Positions 23,660 to 34,050 are shown, counted from the first letter of the stretch. The stretch is 46,128 bases of DNA from Candidatus Nanohaloarchaea archaeon (GCA_042217695.1 JBDGSE010000041.1:1-46128); one strand, 5' to 3'. The notes: a model not told the origin generated them from the sequence alone. Program-made: numbers and translations.

Positions 23660-24351
23660 CCAAGGAACTTTTTCTCGGTATGTGAAAGCTCTCCTGTTAT
23701 TATAATCGAGTGGGGGGTCTCGCCGAACTCTTTATCCGCGAGGCCTCCCAGTTCTCCGCGCGTCACAGACTGTGACTCCTGGTTTGCACGTTCGAGGACA
23801 ACAGCGTCCCGGTGTTCAAGCGTGGAGTCCATCTCCACCAGTTTCTCCGCCGCCTTTTCCGCACGGTAATCGATGTCCAGCAGCACTAACGTGTGGAGGC
23901 CTATAGAATCGTTCTTCTGGATGTACTCGGTTATCGACTCGGGTTTCGAATCCCTGGGAAGGGTCACAGTTCTCCCGAACCTGTAGATGCTGAGACCGGT
24001 CTCTGCTATCGACGTGAATATCGATGGTGCGTGTATGACCTCTGTTTCTACCCCGGATTCCTCGGCCCGGTGCTTGATGTCGAAGTGGGTGGTCGCGGTC
24101 AACGGGTCTCCGGAGACGAGAAAGGCGGTTTCCCTCTCCATGGCGGACTCCATTATCCGGTCCTCACGTTCCACCTTGTCGCGCTCCAGCTTCTTTATCT
24201 CGGTGCCGGAACGTTCCTCGAGCCTTTCCAGGTCGATGGTCTGCGTGTTCGTGTAGAACTCTGCGTAGGCTATATCTGCGGATTCCAGGGCTTTCATCCC
24301 TCTGAGTGTTATCTCGTCCTCATCCAGACCGAGCCCTATGATGTGGAGCAT
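23656..24351 (-). CDS. dph5: Diphthine synthase
   Basis: MLHIIGLGL, YAEFYT, LVSGDPLTATTH, GLSIYRFGRTVT, GLHTLVLLDI. Confidence 0.96.
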   Translation of the reverse strand: MLHIIGLGLDEDEITLRGMKALESADIAYAEFYTNTQTIDLERLEERSGTEIKKLERDKVEREDRIMESAMERETAFLVSGDPLTATTHFDIKHRAEESGVETEVIHAPSIFTSIAETGLSIYRFGRTVTLPRDSKPESITEYIQKNDSIGLHTLVLLDIDYRAEKAAEKLVEMDSTLEHRDAVVLERANQESQSVTRGELGGLADKEFGETPHSIIITGELSHTEKKFLG

Positions 24352-24401
24352 AAAGCTGATTTGGACGTTAGGTTTTAACTTCTTGACCTGAACTTCTCCT
24401 T

Positions 24402-25430
24402 ATGGACCAGGAAAAACTGGAGGAAAAGGCGGTTTCACTGTTCGAGCAGCAGGGTTTCTCGATAGAGAGCGAAGGAAACCATTTCGTGGCGAAGAACGGT
24501 TCCCGGGTGGAGTTCTCGGTCTACTCCTCGCATGAGTTCTCCGCGGAAGAGGTGCTGGATGACCGCAGAGAGAATGAAACCGTGTTTGTGGACGAGGGTC
24601 TGGAGGAGCTGAGAGGAGAGATGGAAGACCTTTCCGTGCTGGAAGAGGAAGAGGAAAAAGAAGACTACGATCTCCCGTCCTACGAGATTATCGGAACGGT
24701 CGCGGTCATAAATGAACTTGGCGACCACGACCCCGGAGAAGTGGTCGAGGGTATACGGGAACATAACCCTCACGTGGAAACGATACTTGTGAAGGAGGAG
24801 GGGCTCCATGGCGAGTTCCGGGTCGGAGATTACAGGGTGCTTTACGGCGGTGAGACCGAGACCACTCACAGAGAGTTCGGCTGCCGCTACAGGGTCGATC
24901 CCACGAAGGTATACTTTTCCGAGAGGTTCTCCACCGAGCGCGAGAGGGTTGTTTCAAAGATAGAAGACGGCGAACGCGTGCTGGTGATGTTCGCCGGTGT
25001 CGGACCCTTCGCGATACTGGCCGGGAAGAACTCCAGCCCGGAAGAAGTGGTCGCCATCGAGAAGAACCCGGTCGGCGCCGACTACCTGAAGGAGAACATA
25101 AGACTCAACAACCTGGAGCATGTTGTCGCGGGGGTCGAAGGTGATGTTAAAGACGAGGTTCCCGGGAGAGGTAAGTTCGACAGGGTAGTGATGCCGTTGC
25201 CTGGTTCCGCCGACGAGTTCCTGCCGCTGGCGATGAAACACACGGCGGAGAACGGGGTCATACACTACTACCGTTTCATGGAGGAGGGAGACTGGGATTC
25301 GATAATCGAGGAGGTCGAGGAGGCCGCACGGGAAACCGGCGTGGACTACGAGATAGTTGAAAAGACTGTTACGGGCCACAGGGGCGCCTACCTGGACAGG
25401 GTGTGCCTGGACATCAGGATGGAGAAATGA
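24402..25430 (+). CDS. trm5: Trm5/Taw2-family class I SAM-dependent tRNA methyltransferase
   Basis: SYEIIGTVA, ETTHREFG, KVYFSERFSTERER, MFAGVGPF, DRVVMPLP. Confidence 0.88.
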   Translation: MDQEKLEEKAVSLFEQQGFSIESEGNHFVAKNGSRVEFSVYSSHEFSAEEVLDDRRENETVFVDEGLEELRGEMEDLSVLEEEEEKEDYDLPSYEIIGTVAVINELGDHDPGEVVEGIREHNPHVETILVKEEGLHGEFRVGDYRVLYGGETETTHREFGCRYRVDPTKVYFSERFSTERERVVSKIEDGERVLVMFAGVGPFAILAGKNSSPEEVVAIEKNPVGADYLKENIRLNNLEHVVAGVEGDVKDEVPGRGKFDRVVMPLPGSADEFLPLAMKHTAENGVIHYYRFMEEGDWDSIIEEVEEAARETGVDYEIVEKTVTGHRGAYLDRVCLDIRMEK

Positions 25431-25481
25431 CCGAGTAGTATTTAAGTCTTACTGTGATTATTGTTACCTGGTGGTAAATAA

Positions 25482-26153
25482 ATGAGTTTCAGAGCATGGA
25501 TGGGGCGTGCCGCATCCGAAGTACGTGAGACGTCTGCCCACGCGAAAGACGCTGCTGTAAAGACCTACGACTCTCTAAAGAACGACAATACTAACTCTGT
25601 CGACCTGGACAGGAGAAAGGCGCTGGAGACTATCGGCGCCGGACTGGGTGCGGGAGTGCTCGGCTACACCGCGGGCACACCACAGGAAGAAAGTGAGCCG
25701 CTTCAGGACCTGGTGGCACCGTTCGACGTAGATGTTGATGTCCGGTATGGTCCTGAAGAGGAGGGAGTCTCTACTGAGACCCCTACGGAAACCCCGACTG
25801 AAACTCCTACGGAGACTCCAACTGAGACTTCTACGCGAACGCCAACTGAAACTCCCACGGCTGAACCTCTGGACCCGGGAATATACACGCTCTCCGGTGA
25901 CGAGTTCCAGTCCGAATTCGAACCTCTTCCTGAAGAATACAAGAGGGAGCTGTTTAACGGCGCCGACAACTATGAGCAGTTCGTGGATGATGTGCTCAGC
26001 AACCAGGAGGTAGAAGAAGCCACACTGGAGTACCGGCCCGGTGACCCGGTAGACGACTCGTGGATAAAGTACACTCTTGCGGATGAAAGCGGATCTTCAG
26101 ATACCGACAAGATATACATCAACGACGAGATAGCCTGGGAGCTCTTGAGGTAG
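25482..26153 (+). CDS. Twin-arginine-motif protein with Pro/Thr stalk
   Basis: DRRKALETIGAGLGAGVLGY, (PTET)n stalk, C-terminal KRELFNGADNY domain. Confidence 0.8.
   Translation: MSFRAWMGRAASEVRETSAHAKDAAVKTYDSLKNDNTNSVDLDRRKALETIGAGLGAGVLGYTAGTPQEESEPLQDLVAPFDVDVDVRYGPEEEGVSTETPTETPTETPTETPTETSTRTPTETPTAEPLDPGIYTLSGDEFQSEFEPLPEEYKRELFNGADNYEQFVDDVLSNQEVEEATLEYRPGDPVDDSWIKYTLADESGSSDTDKIYINDEIAWELLR
25773..25859 (+). repeat. Degenerate 12-nt tandem repeat encoding TETP
   Basis: About 7 units with synonymous variation. Confidence 0.85.
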
Positions 26154-26181
26154 AAAGAAAAGAGGGAAAAGATGCGGGGAT

Positions 26182-27516
26182 TTACTCCGGTACCTCGTCG
26201 GCGTAAGTGGCCCTGAGGTGGGCAAGTGTTGAATCGGCGTCGTCGAGAGCGTCGTACAGACTCTCCCCGGTTGCCTCCTCGTACGCCTCTGCTACCCGGT
26301 CTGCCGGCGAATCGTAGCTTTCTGCCAGTCTCTCGTCCAGGCTCTCCATAAATTCTATCGAAGTGTCTACCCTGTCAAACTCTCCGTCTTCCAGGTACTG
26401 CTCCGGAAGGAGATCGACGAGGTCGTCGTGTTCCTGCATCAGCTCTCCAAGAGAGTGCGCCATCTCGTTGATGCGCTCAACTAGGCCGTAAGCGGCCTCC
26501 TCTCTCGTCTTCTGGAGGTCTCCTGCCGCGTCGTCAACATGTTTTGTACCCTGTTCTTCTGTAAGGTTGGGTTCCTCCATGGCAGCCAGGCTCTCCAGGT
26601 AACCGATGTCCTCTTCGAGCTGTTCGACGAGTTCATGTCCGACGCTTTCCATTGTCTCTGCGTGAGGCTTGTAGACGCTTTCTATTTCGTCTATCACGTC
26701 GTCCCTGGCATCGTATAGCGTGGATTCGACTTCTTCGAGCGAGCTGACTCTCCTGTCCAGTTCGTTCTTCGTCTCCACGAGTTCATCTATGCTCTGCTGG
26801 ATGTCGGCCTCCTTGCTGCCGGAGACATCTTCCGCGAATTCGAGCAGGTCGCCTATATCTGCGTTTCTAGCCTCGGAAGGAGTCATCCTGTCCTGCTTCT
26901 CGACCAGGACGCGTTCTCCCTCTTCCTGCTGTTCGGCTTTTTTGTCTCCTAGCCGGCTCTCTACATCTTTGAGGTCGTCCCTGAAACTGTTGATGCTCCT
27001 GTCGACGTGGCCGATCTTCTCGAACACATCCTCGAGTTCGCCGGAGCGTTCACTGAGGTAGGATAGCAGGTTATCGACTTCCTGTTCTGCTGTCTCTAGA
27101 CTCCTTTCAGGGTTGTAGTCCCAGTCTAATTCACCGGATACATCCTGTTCAGAGTAGGCAAGGAACTCGTTGAGTTCTTCCTCTACTTCCAGCGCGGAAC
27201 TGGCCAGTCCTTCGTTTTCTTCTCTTATCAACTCATCTACTACGCGGTTGGACTGCCTGGCGTTTTCCACATGTCTGGCTGACTTTGAACGGAGCGCATC
27301 CTCTCGTGGCTGGGGTTCCTCGATGTTTCCAACGTTGCTCTTGGAACCTGGTACCACGTTCGACGCGTTTCGTTCTTCTCCACTGGATTCTCGGGCTCCT
27401 ACAGGTGCTACGTTGCTGATTATGTCTCTAGTCCTTTCGAAGACGTCGGAAAGTCTGCTTTCGGGTAGTTCTACATCTTCGTTGGCTTTCCGTGCTTCTT
27501 CTTCTCGATCTTCCAT
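26182..27516 (-). CDS. Acidic coiled-coil hypothetical protein (444 aa)
   Basis: AGGTGA Shine-Dalgarno; long heptad-rich helical sequence; no TM segment. Confidence 0.8.
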   Translation of the reverse strand: MEDREEEARKANEDVELPESRLSDVFERTRDIISNVAPVGARESSGEERNASNVVPGSKSNVGNIEEPQPREDALRSKSARHVENARQSNRVVDELIREENEGLASSALEVEEELNEFLAYSEQDVSGELDWDYNPERSLETAEQEVDNLLSYLSERSGELEDVFEKIGHVDRSINSFRDDLKDVESRLGDKKAEQQEEGERVLVEKQDRMTPSEARNADIGDLLEFAEDVSGSKEADIQQSIDELVETKNELDRRVSSLEEVESTLYDARDDVIDEIESVYKPHAETMESVGHELVEQLEEDIGYLESLAAMEEPNLTEEQGTKHVDDAAGDLQKTREEAAYGLVERINEMAHSLGELMQEHDDLVDLLPEQYLEDGEFDRVDTSIEFMESLDERLAESYDSPADRVAEAYEEATGESLYDALDDADSTLAHLRATYADEVPE

Positions 27517-27639
27517 TTTGTGTCACCTGAGGTACAGTATATGTCTAAAGCATTAAATGAATGTTGCTACTTTGGAGAGTAAAATCGAAACCAGAAAAAC
27601 CATCACCATTATAAAGTTTGTTTACTACTACTCGATAAC

Positions 27640-28707
27640 ATGAGACGGGGTCCTGAACTATCCGAGAGCATCCTCGAAACAAGGGGATGGGAAGAATGGT
27701 CCGACGAAGTTCTTGAGGAAGACCCTGATGCAGGTTCTGAAGAGGTTCTCCAGCGTGCAAAGGCGGTTGAAAAGGAATACATAAGCAAGGCAGAGCGTCT
27801 TGAAGAGGACCTGTCCCGCATACAGAATTCACTGGACGAGGCTGATGAAAGTATAGAGGAAGAACTCGAAGAGCTCGAATCCCGCTACACCGAGATGGTG
27901 GAGAGACCGTATATAGATGAGGATAATCGGTGGATACTGGCGGAGGAAAGAGACGGCGAACCTGTGGGTATACTGCACGACACCATACGGAACGGGCCCG
28001 AACTCTCCCGGAAAAAAGTCGACCGGCTCGACTCTCTCCGGTCCAGGGCCAAAGATATACTTGAAGACATGGGCTACGAGCCCGGTGCTGAGGAAGAAGA
28101 CCTAGAAGGCGGTCCGGGTGGACCGGGCGATGGACCCGGTGGAGAACCCGGGGATGGTGACGATTACGACGGGGACGATGAAGAGAACGGATACCGCTTC
28201 ACACGCAGACAGGTCGCGGGAGGTGCTGCGGCGGCCGCAGCAGCTCTCTTCGGTACAGGAGGATATCTTCTGGGGCGGCAGTCGGGAGGGGGTGCGGCCG
28301 CTCCTCCGGCCAACAGGACGGCCACGCCCACGGAGACTCCGACTGATACGCCGACCGATACTCCAACTGAAACACCGACGGAAACTCCTACGGATACTCC
28401 AACTGAAACACCTACAACTCCCGGACAAGCCAGAGAAACATTCGGATACGAGGAATTCCAGGATGCCTGGGACGAACTTACCCGGGCGGAGAAGAGGGAG
28501 CTGTTTAACGGCGCCGACAACTACGGCAACTTTATGAACGGCGACCTCAGCGATCAGGAAGTCGAAAGCGTTCAAATCGGCTACAACCCTGATGAAGACC
28601 CGGAGAACTCCTGGGTGGAATACGTTATCAGGGACGAAAACGATTCTTTCGAGTCCGACAGGGTCTACATCCCTGATGACCTCGCCGAGAAGATACTCGA
28701 TGTCTAA
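27640..28707 (+). CDS. Paralogue of 25482-26153 with long N-terminal helical domain before an internal twin-arginine motif
   Basis: FTRRQVAGGAAAAAAALFG at about aa 186; (PTET/PTDT)n stalk; KRELFNGADNY domain. Confidence 0.8.
   Translation: MRRGPELSESILETRGWEEWSDEVLEEDPDAGSEEVLQRAKAVEKEYISKAERLEEDLSRIQNSLDEADESIEEELEELESRYTEMVERPYIDEDNRWILAEERDGEPVGILHDTIRNGPELSRKKVDRLDSLRSRAKDILEDMGYEPGAEEEDLEGGPGGPGDGPGGEPGDGDDYDGDDEENGYRFTRRQVAGGAAAAAAALFGTGGYLLGRQSGGGAAAPPANRTATPTETPTDTPTDTPTETPTETPTDTPTETPTTPGQARETFGYEEFQDAWDELTRAEKRELFNGADNYGNFMNGDLSDQEVESVQIGYNPDEDPENSWVEYVIRDENDSFESDRVYIPDDLAEKILDV
28318..28422 (+). repeat. Degenerate 12-nt tandem repeat encoding T(E/D)TP
   Basis: About 8 units. Confidence 0.85.
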
Positions 28708-28716
28708 AGTGATACC

Positions 28717-31700
28717 ATGGATTTCAAACTGACGACGCTGGCGGTGCTTATAGTATTTTTCGCAGGTTTTGCTGTAGCCGCTGCTCCAACTACAGACTCC
28801 ATAACAGTAAATCCTTCCAGCCCCGAGCCGTGGGACTCGGTCGAGGTAACTGTCGCGGGGTCTGACGATGGAAAAATACTGAACGCCCAGCTCTACTGGG
28901 ACGGCGAGTGGCACACCGAGACCTGCAACACGTTTGGTTCATGCGAGAAAACGTTCTACATAACACCCACCAGCGAAAAAACATACACTCTGAAGGCAAA
29001 GATGCAGGACGCGGAGTTCCAGGAATCCGACATCCTGGAGAAAGATATGGTGGTGTCCAGCGATGACAGGCCGGTAGTCACGGACCTGCAGATGCCGAAC
29101 AATCCGGACCCCTGGGACCGCGTAAGTATAACCGTGTCAGCCGAAGACGACGAAAAAGTAGAATCAACCCAGGTATACTGGGACGGGGAGTGGTACACCC
29201 AGTCCTGCGACAGCATGTCCTGCCAGAACACTGCAAAGTTCACCCCGACCCAGAACCGTGAATACACGGTAAAGGCCAGGGCGGTGGATAGCGGAGACCA
29301 GTTCTCCGATACTGTCGAGAAGACTCTGAAAGTCGGGACGGGAGACACGCCCCGCGTTACTCGATTCGATGTTTCCGACACAACTCCTGAACAGGGAGAA
29401 CGTTTCACGGTTTACGTGGATATAGAAGATGACAGCGAGGTCCTCAACGTGCAGGCCTACTGGGACGGGGAGTGGTATACCAAGCAGTGCGACGGCGAGA
29501 AGTGTGAGAAACAGTTCAAGTTCACCGCGGATTCGGTGGGAACCCACACGCTGAAGGTGAAAGGCCAGGACGATTCTTTCGAGACCTCCGCGGTAAAGAC
29601 GAAAGACATCACTGTGGAAGAATCCACAAATGAACCCCCGGAGATGAAATGGATAGACGTAGAGAGCAGTCCGCAGGTGGGTGAAGAAGTATCTATAACC
29701 GCGAAAGCCGGGGACGACGGCAAACTCTTGAACCTACAGTTCGAGGTAGACGGCGAAGAATACACTGAAACATGCAACACGTTCAACAGTTGCAAGAGAA
29801 CTGTAGAGTTCACACCCGGCCACACCGGGAGCTATGAAGTGAGGGTAAGGGCCCAGGACGCCTCCTTCCTGCAATCGGACTGGTCTACCAAGAGTTTCTA
29901 TGTCGGTGGGAGAGACGTTGACATCTCTAACTGGGGGCCTTCAGGCGATGTCGACTCACCGGTAGAACTGTACCTTGAACTGAACGCGGATTCTCCCGGG
30001 CAGTACAGGTGTTACTGGGACGACGACTCGAACGTGAACCGGGTCAGTGGCAAGAAACTTTACAGGGACGGCGACAGGTTCTCCCGGACGGTGTCTTTCT
30101 CGGATGGAGAAAAAGACCTGTGGTACGCCTGCTTTGAAAACGGCGATAGAGTGGACAGGGTCTCCGCCAGCTTCACCGTAAACGGAGAAGACCATGACCC
30201 GAAAGCAGACTTCGAGTACACGCCGACGAATCCCCGGGTGGGAGAAACCGTGCAGTTCGAGAGCACCAGTACAGACCCTGACGGCGACATAGTGAGTTAC
30301 AGCTGGAGTTTCGGCGACGGGGAGACCGCCTCCGGTTCCCCTGTCGAGCACAGTTATGAGTCGAAAGGAGACTACGAGGTCCGTCTCAGGGTGGAGGACT
30401 CTCACGGCAACACCGATATCTACAGAGAAACCGTAAACGTCCGTGGAGAGATGCCAGACTGCGGCCTCGAGGTGGAGGATGTGACGCTTGAAGACAGGGT
30501 CATCCAGCAGGGCGGATCCACCATCGCGCACCTGAGGCTGACCAACGGCGGAGACCCTCAGAGAGTAAAGGTCGAGATAAGGGCGGGAACAGATATCGTG
30601 CTACAGAAAGAGGTCGTGGTGGAGGGAGACCGGACGTTCAGCGTCGAGGTCTCGCCCCAGGAAACACAGTACATAAACGCCCGGGTAGATATAGAAGGCC
30701 CTCCCTGCGGGGACGACGTGGTGACAAGGGCCGAACAGCTGTTCGTCGTCGGGAAAACAGAGGAAAACGCGGTGCTCAACGTCCATGTTGAAGACACCGG
30801 CGGCGACCCGGTTGAAGACGCACTGGTGTCGGCTAACGGCGAGACGGCGTGGACCGACAGCGATGGAGACTCCACGCTGGAACTTGAGCCCGGGACCTAC
30901 CAGGTGACGGTCTCCAGGTCGGGCTACATCGCCCAGACGAAAACGGTAAGCCTTGACGCGGGAGAGGTACAGGGAGTCAGCTTCCAGCTGCCCGTCGAGG
31001 AAGAGGGAACCCATGACCTCGAGATAACCCGGTTGAACTACCCTGAAAGTGTATGCAGAGGTTCGTCGATGGCGGTCGAGGCCACGGTCAAAAACAGTGG
31101 AGACTTCGATTCCACGGTAAGTCTCTCCGGTTCAGGACTGGGTTCCAGCATCCAGGGCCCATCCTTCCTGCTGGACGAACATGAAAAAGTTACCAGGGTT
31201 ATCAGGTTCACCAACGTCCAGGGCTCGGGAACCGAACAGTTCACGGTAAAGGCATCCGGCCAGGACACTGACACGGTCGAGGGCCAGGTAGAAGTGAGAA
31301 ACTGTGCCTACCCGGTCGGCGAGGCCACTGCCATAACCATGAAGCTGGTGCCCGACAGGGCCCTGCCGGGAGAACCGGTGAAGGTGAAAGGGTTCGTCGA
31401 TGGCGCCTCCCGGCGACAGGAGGTCACGGTAAAAATTGACGGCCAGAGAAAGGCAAGGATCAGCACCGACCCTACCGGGTACTACCAGACATACATACGG
31501 GTCCCGGAGGTCGGCATGCACTCCGTGTCTGTAACCACCGGAGACGTTTCAACCTCTGGAGAGCTGGAAATCCTTCCCGATGCAAGCGTGAACTTCGTGG
31601 ATGTCCCGGAAAAAGTGTTTGAGGGAGAGACATTCCAGCTGTGCGCCAGCGTCAATTCCCAGATAACACCTGACCTGGTGTTGCTCCAGGACGGCGAAAT

Positions 31701-32205
31701 CATCCGGACCGGCAGCGGAAAGGGCAGGGTGTGCTTCGATGTGAAAGCCGAACAGGGAGAACACGAGTACATGGTTCGAGCGTTGACCTACGGCAGGAGT
31801 GATGCAGCGACCGCAACGGTAAACGTGCTGTCTGCCGGTACAGAGACCGAGAGCTTCCCCGACCAGATAGCCACGGTCGAATCAGGCTCTGGCATAGTGA
31901 AAGTCGAGCTCTACAACAACCACGATGAACTCCGGAGATACCGCCTCTCGCTGGAGGGACTGCCGTCCACATGGGTCGCCCAGTCGGAGAAAACCGTCGT
32001 ACTTGACACGGGGGAGAGGAAGACGGTGTACTTCTACCTGACACCCCGGGAATCGGGTAGTTACAGTCCAACCCTTTCAGTAAAGGCTCAGGGAGACGAG
32101 ATCTACCGGGAGAAACTTGACCTGGTGGCCGGTGGAACCACCCGGGAGAAGGAGAGGCTGTTCGCACGTCTTGCCGAGCTGTTCCTCGGCTTCCAGTTTT
32201 ACTAA
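28717..32205 (+). CDS. Large secreted multi-Ig-domain surface protein (PKD, carboxypeptidase-regulatory/PEGA-like and CARDB-like domains)
   Basis: Signal peptide; four 94-aa repeats; PKD signature STDPDGDIVSYSWSFGDG; LEPGTYQVTVSRSGY. Confidence 0.85.
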   Translation: MDFKLTTLAVLIVFFAGFAVAAAPTTDSITVNPSSPEPWDSVEVTVAGSDDGKILNAQLYWDGEWHTETCNTFGSCEKTFYITPTSEKTYTLKAKMQDAEFQESDILEKDMVVSSDDRPVVTDLQMPNNPDPWDRVSITVSAEDDEKVESTQVYWDGEWYTQSCDSMSCQNTAKFTPTQNREYTVKARAVDSGDQFSDTVEKTLKVGTGDTPRVTRFDVSDTTPEQGERFTVYVDIEDDSEVLNVQAYWDGEWYTKQCDGEKCEKQFKFTADSVGTHTLKVKGQDDSFETSAVKTKDITVEESTNEPPEMKWIDVESSPQVGEEVSITAKAGDDGKLLNLQFEVDGEEYTETCNTFNSCKRTVEFTPGHTGSYEVRVRAQDASFLQSDWSTKSFYVGGRDVDISNWGPSGDVDSPVELYLELNADSPGQYRCYWDDDSNVNRVSGKKLYRDGDRFSRTVSFSDGEKDLWYACFENGDRVDRVSASFTVNGEDHDPKADFEYTPTNPRVGETVQFESTSTDPDGDIVSYSWSFGDGETASGSPVEHSYESKGDYEVRLRVEDSHGNTDIYRETVNVRGEMPDCGLEVEDVTLEDRVIQQGGSTIAHLRLTNGGDPQRVKVEIRAGTDIVLQKEVVVEGDRTFSVEVSPQETQYINARVDIEGPPCGDDVVTRAEQLFVVGKTEENAVLNVHVEDTGGDPVEDALVSANGETAWTDSDGDSTLELEPGTYQVTVSRSGYIAQTKTVSLDAGEVQGVSFQLPVEEEGTHDLEITRLNYPESVCRGSSMAVEATVKNSGDFDSTVSLSGSGLGSSIQGPSFLLDEHEKVTRVIRFTNVQGSGTEQFTVKASGQDTDTVEGQVEVRNCAYPVGEATAITMKLVPDRALPGEPVKVKGFVDGASRRQEVTVKIDGQRKARISTDPTGYYQTYIRVPEVGMHSVSVTTGDVSTSGELEILPDASVNFVDVPEKVFEGETFQLCASVNSQITPDLVLLQDGEIIRTGSGKGRVCFDVKAEQGEHEYMVRALTYGRSDAATATVNVLSAGTETESFPDQIATVESGSGIVKVELYNNHDELRRYRLSLEGLPSTWVAQSEKTVVLDTGERKTVYFYLTPRESGSYSPTLSVKAQGDEIYREKLDLVAGGTTREKERLFARLAELFLGFQFY
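28783..29905 (+). repeat. Four tandem 282-nt (94-aa) Ig-like repeats
   Basis: YWDGEW/FEVDGEE anchors at 28894, 29176, 29458 and 29740, each followed by a Cys pair; outer boundaries approximate. Confidence 0.85.
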
Positions 32206-32281
32206 TACAGGGTCGTTAAGGACTGTCACTATCGACTAATATATAAATTTTGGACAAGGTGTTATTAATAGGTGACACTAC

Positions 32282-34018
32282 GTGAACATTATGGATAATT
32301 TAACGAAACTCGCGGCCGCAACACTGCTCTTTACACTTGTAGCCGGAGCTGCAACAGCCAGTCCGGCAGAGATGACGATTTTCCCCAAGGAATCAAGCAC
32401 GAGGATCAACTCGTTCACCTCGTACAAGGTAGAGGTGACCAATGTCGGGCCTGTAAAGGACAGGTACTTCCTGTCCTCGAAGAGTTCCGAGGTGACTATC
32501 GCTCCCTCAGATTTCTACCTTGAACCTGGCGCATCCAAGGAAGTCCACGTATGGTACAACCCGGATGTGGACAAGGAGGCAGGAAGATACTCTTTCACAG
32601 TGAAGGCAAAGTCAAGCGCCACAGGAGAGGTCTATGCGGTAGAGGGTATAGTCAATGTCATAAAGGAACACGAGGTAGCTCTCACGGTTGAGGACTCGGA
32701 GACCGCATGCCTGGGAGAAAAAGTACGTTACCGTGTCGAGGTAACCAACAAGGGAATCCAGAAGGAGGAGTTCGCCCTCTACACGGACTACGGGAAACTC
32801 TCCCGGAACTCTGTGACGCTGGCCGACGGGGAGACCCAGAGCGTAGTGCTCACCGCTTCATCCCAGAAACCGTTAGAGAAGAGCTTCAACGTCCGGGCGG
32901 CATCCAAGACCAGTTACGCCCAGGCCTTCGAAAACGTTAATTTCCGGGCCGAGAGATGTTACGCATCGCAGCTGAGCATCACCCCGGAGAAGAAAAGGGT
33001 CGCGGCCTTCACCGACGCAAAGTTCGAGATCCGGGTCAAGAACACCGGGACAAAGGCGGACGTCTTCACGCTTTCCACCACCCGTGGAGAGATAGGGGAC
33101 AAAGACCTGCAGATAGAACCGGGCAACTCGAAGACCACCACGCTGACAGTCACCCCGGAGAAACTCGGAACCATGACAGTGAAGGTAACCGCTGATTCAG
33201 CGGTCACTAGCACTGCCACCGCCGAACTCGAGGTCTACAACGGGAACAGCGTGGCGGTCTCCATGCCGTCGCGGAAGGTCTGCGAGAGCGAGAAATTCAC
33301 GATGAAGGCAGAGATAAGCAACACCGGGGAGGCAAAAGACACCTACAGGCTTTCCAGCTCGAGAGGCAACCTCTCCGTCCAGAGACTGACGCTGGAATCC
33401 GGAGAATCGAAGAAGGTCAAAGTGAAATTCGACTCCTCGCGCTACAGGGAGGGACGGACAGCGAAGGTTAAGTTTACGGCTGTCTCGCAGAAGTTTGAGA
33501 CGACCAGAGCCTCCACGACCTCCAGTTTCACAGTACAGAACTGCTGGGACCTTGAGATGAACGTGGTGCCGAAGGTCGCATCCGCTGGCGAGAACCGCAG
33601 TGTGATCTACGAGATCCACCTGCATAACACCGGCGTGAAGAAGAACACCTACGAGCTCACGTACGACGGACCGCAGTGGGTCTCCATCAAACCGGCCCAG
33701 GTGGCCCTTGGAGCAGGCGAGGAGGAAACCGCCTACATGTACGCCGGCATCCCCTTCCAGAAGAAAGGAGAAGTCGATATAACTGCAACTGCAGTCGGCC
33801 ACGACGTCAGGAAATCGCAGACCGTCAAACTGGTTATCGGCGAAGACATCAAAGAGGCCATCCGCAGCGACAGAGGCGGCGGTATCACAGGCCGGTTTGC
33901 TGACGCCGCATCCAGTGTAGTCAAGGGTCTCCAGGGATCAAACCTTGTCTCCAAGCTGGCGGTATCGATCCTCGTCGGGGCTTTCATCACCCTGGTGGTA
34001 CTCTACCGTGAATGGTAG
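32282..34018 (+). CDS. Membrane-anchored surface protein with repeated NEW3/CARDB-like (COG1470-type) Ig domains
   Basis: Signal peptide, five N-x-G-x-x-x-(D/E/N)-x-(Y/F)-x-L repeats, C-terminal TM helix. Confidence 0.8.
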   Translation: MNIMDNLTKLAAATLLFTLVAGAATASPAEMTIFPKESSTRINSFTSYKVEVTNVGPVKDRYFLSSKSSEVTIAPSDFYLEPGASKEVHVWYNPDVDKEAGRYSFTVKAKSSATGEVYAVEGIVNVIKEHEVALTVEDSETACLGEKVRYRVEVTNKGIQKEEFALYTDYGKLSRNSVTLADGETQSVVLTASSQKPLEKSFNVRAASKTSYAQAFENVNFRAERCYASQLSITPEKKRVAAFTDAKFEIRVKNTGTKADVFTLSTTRGEIGDKDLQIEPGNSKTTTLTVTPEKLGTMTVKVTADSAVTSTATAELEVYNGNSVAVSMPSRKVCESEKFTMKAEISNTGEAKDTYRLSSSRGNLSVQRLTLESGESKKVKVKFDSSRYREGRTAKVKFTAVSQKFETTRASTTSSFTVQNCWDLEMNVVPKVASAGENRSVIYEIHLHNTGVKKNTYELTYDGPQWVSIKPAQVALGAGEEETAYMYAGIPFQKKGEVDITATAVGHDVRKSQTVKLVIGEDIKEAIRSDRGGGITGRFADAASSVVKGLQGSNLVSKLAVSILVGAFITLVVLYREW

Positions 34019-34050
34019 AGTCCTTATACTTTCTTTTTCTTAATTAACCC

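Noticed and set aside
25773..28422. CRISPR array or non-coding tandem repeat
   Set aside because: The 12-nt units have no spacers, vary at synonymous positions and encode PTET stalks
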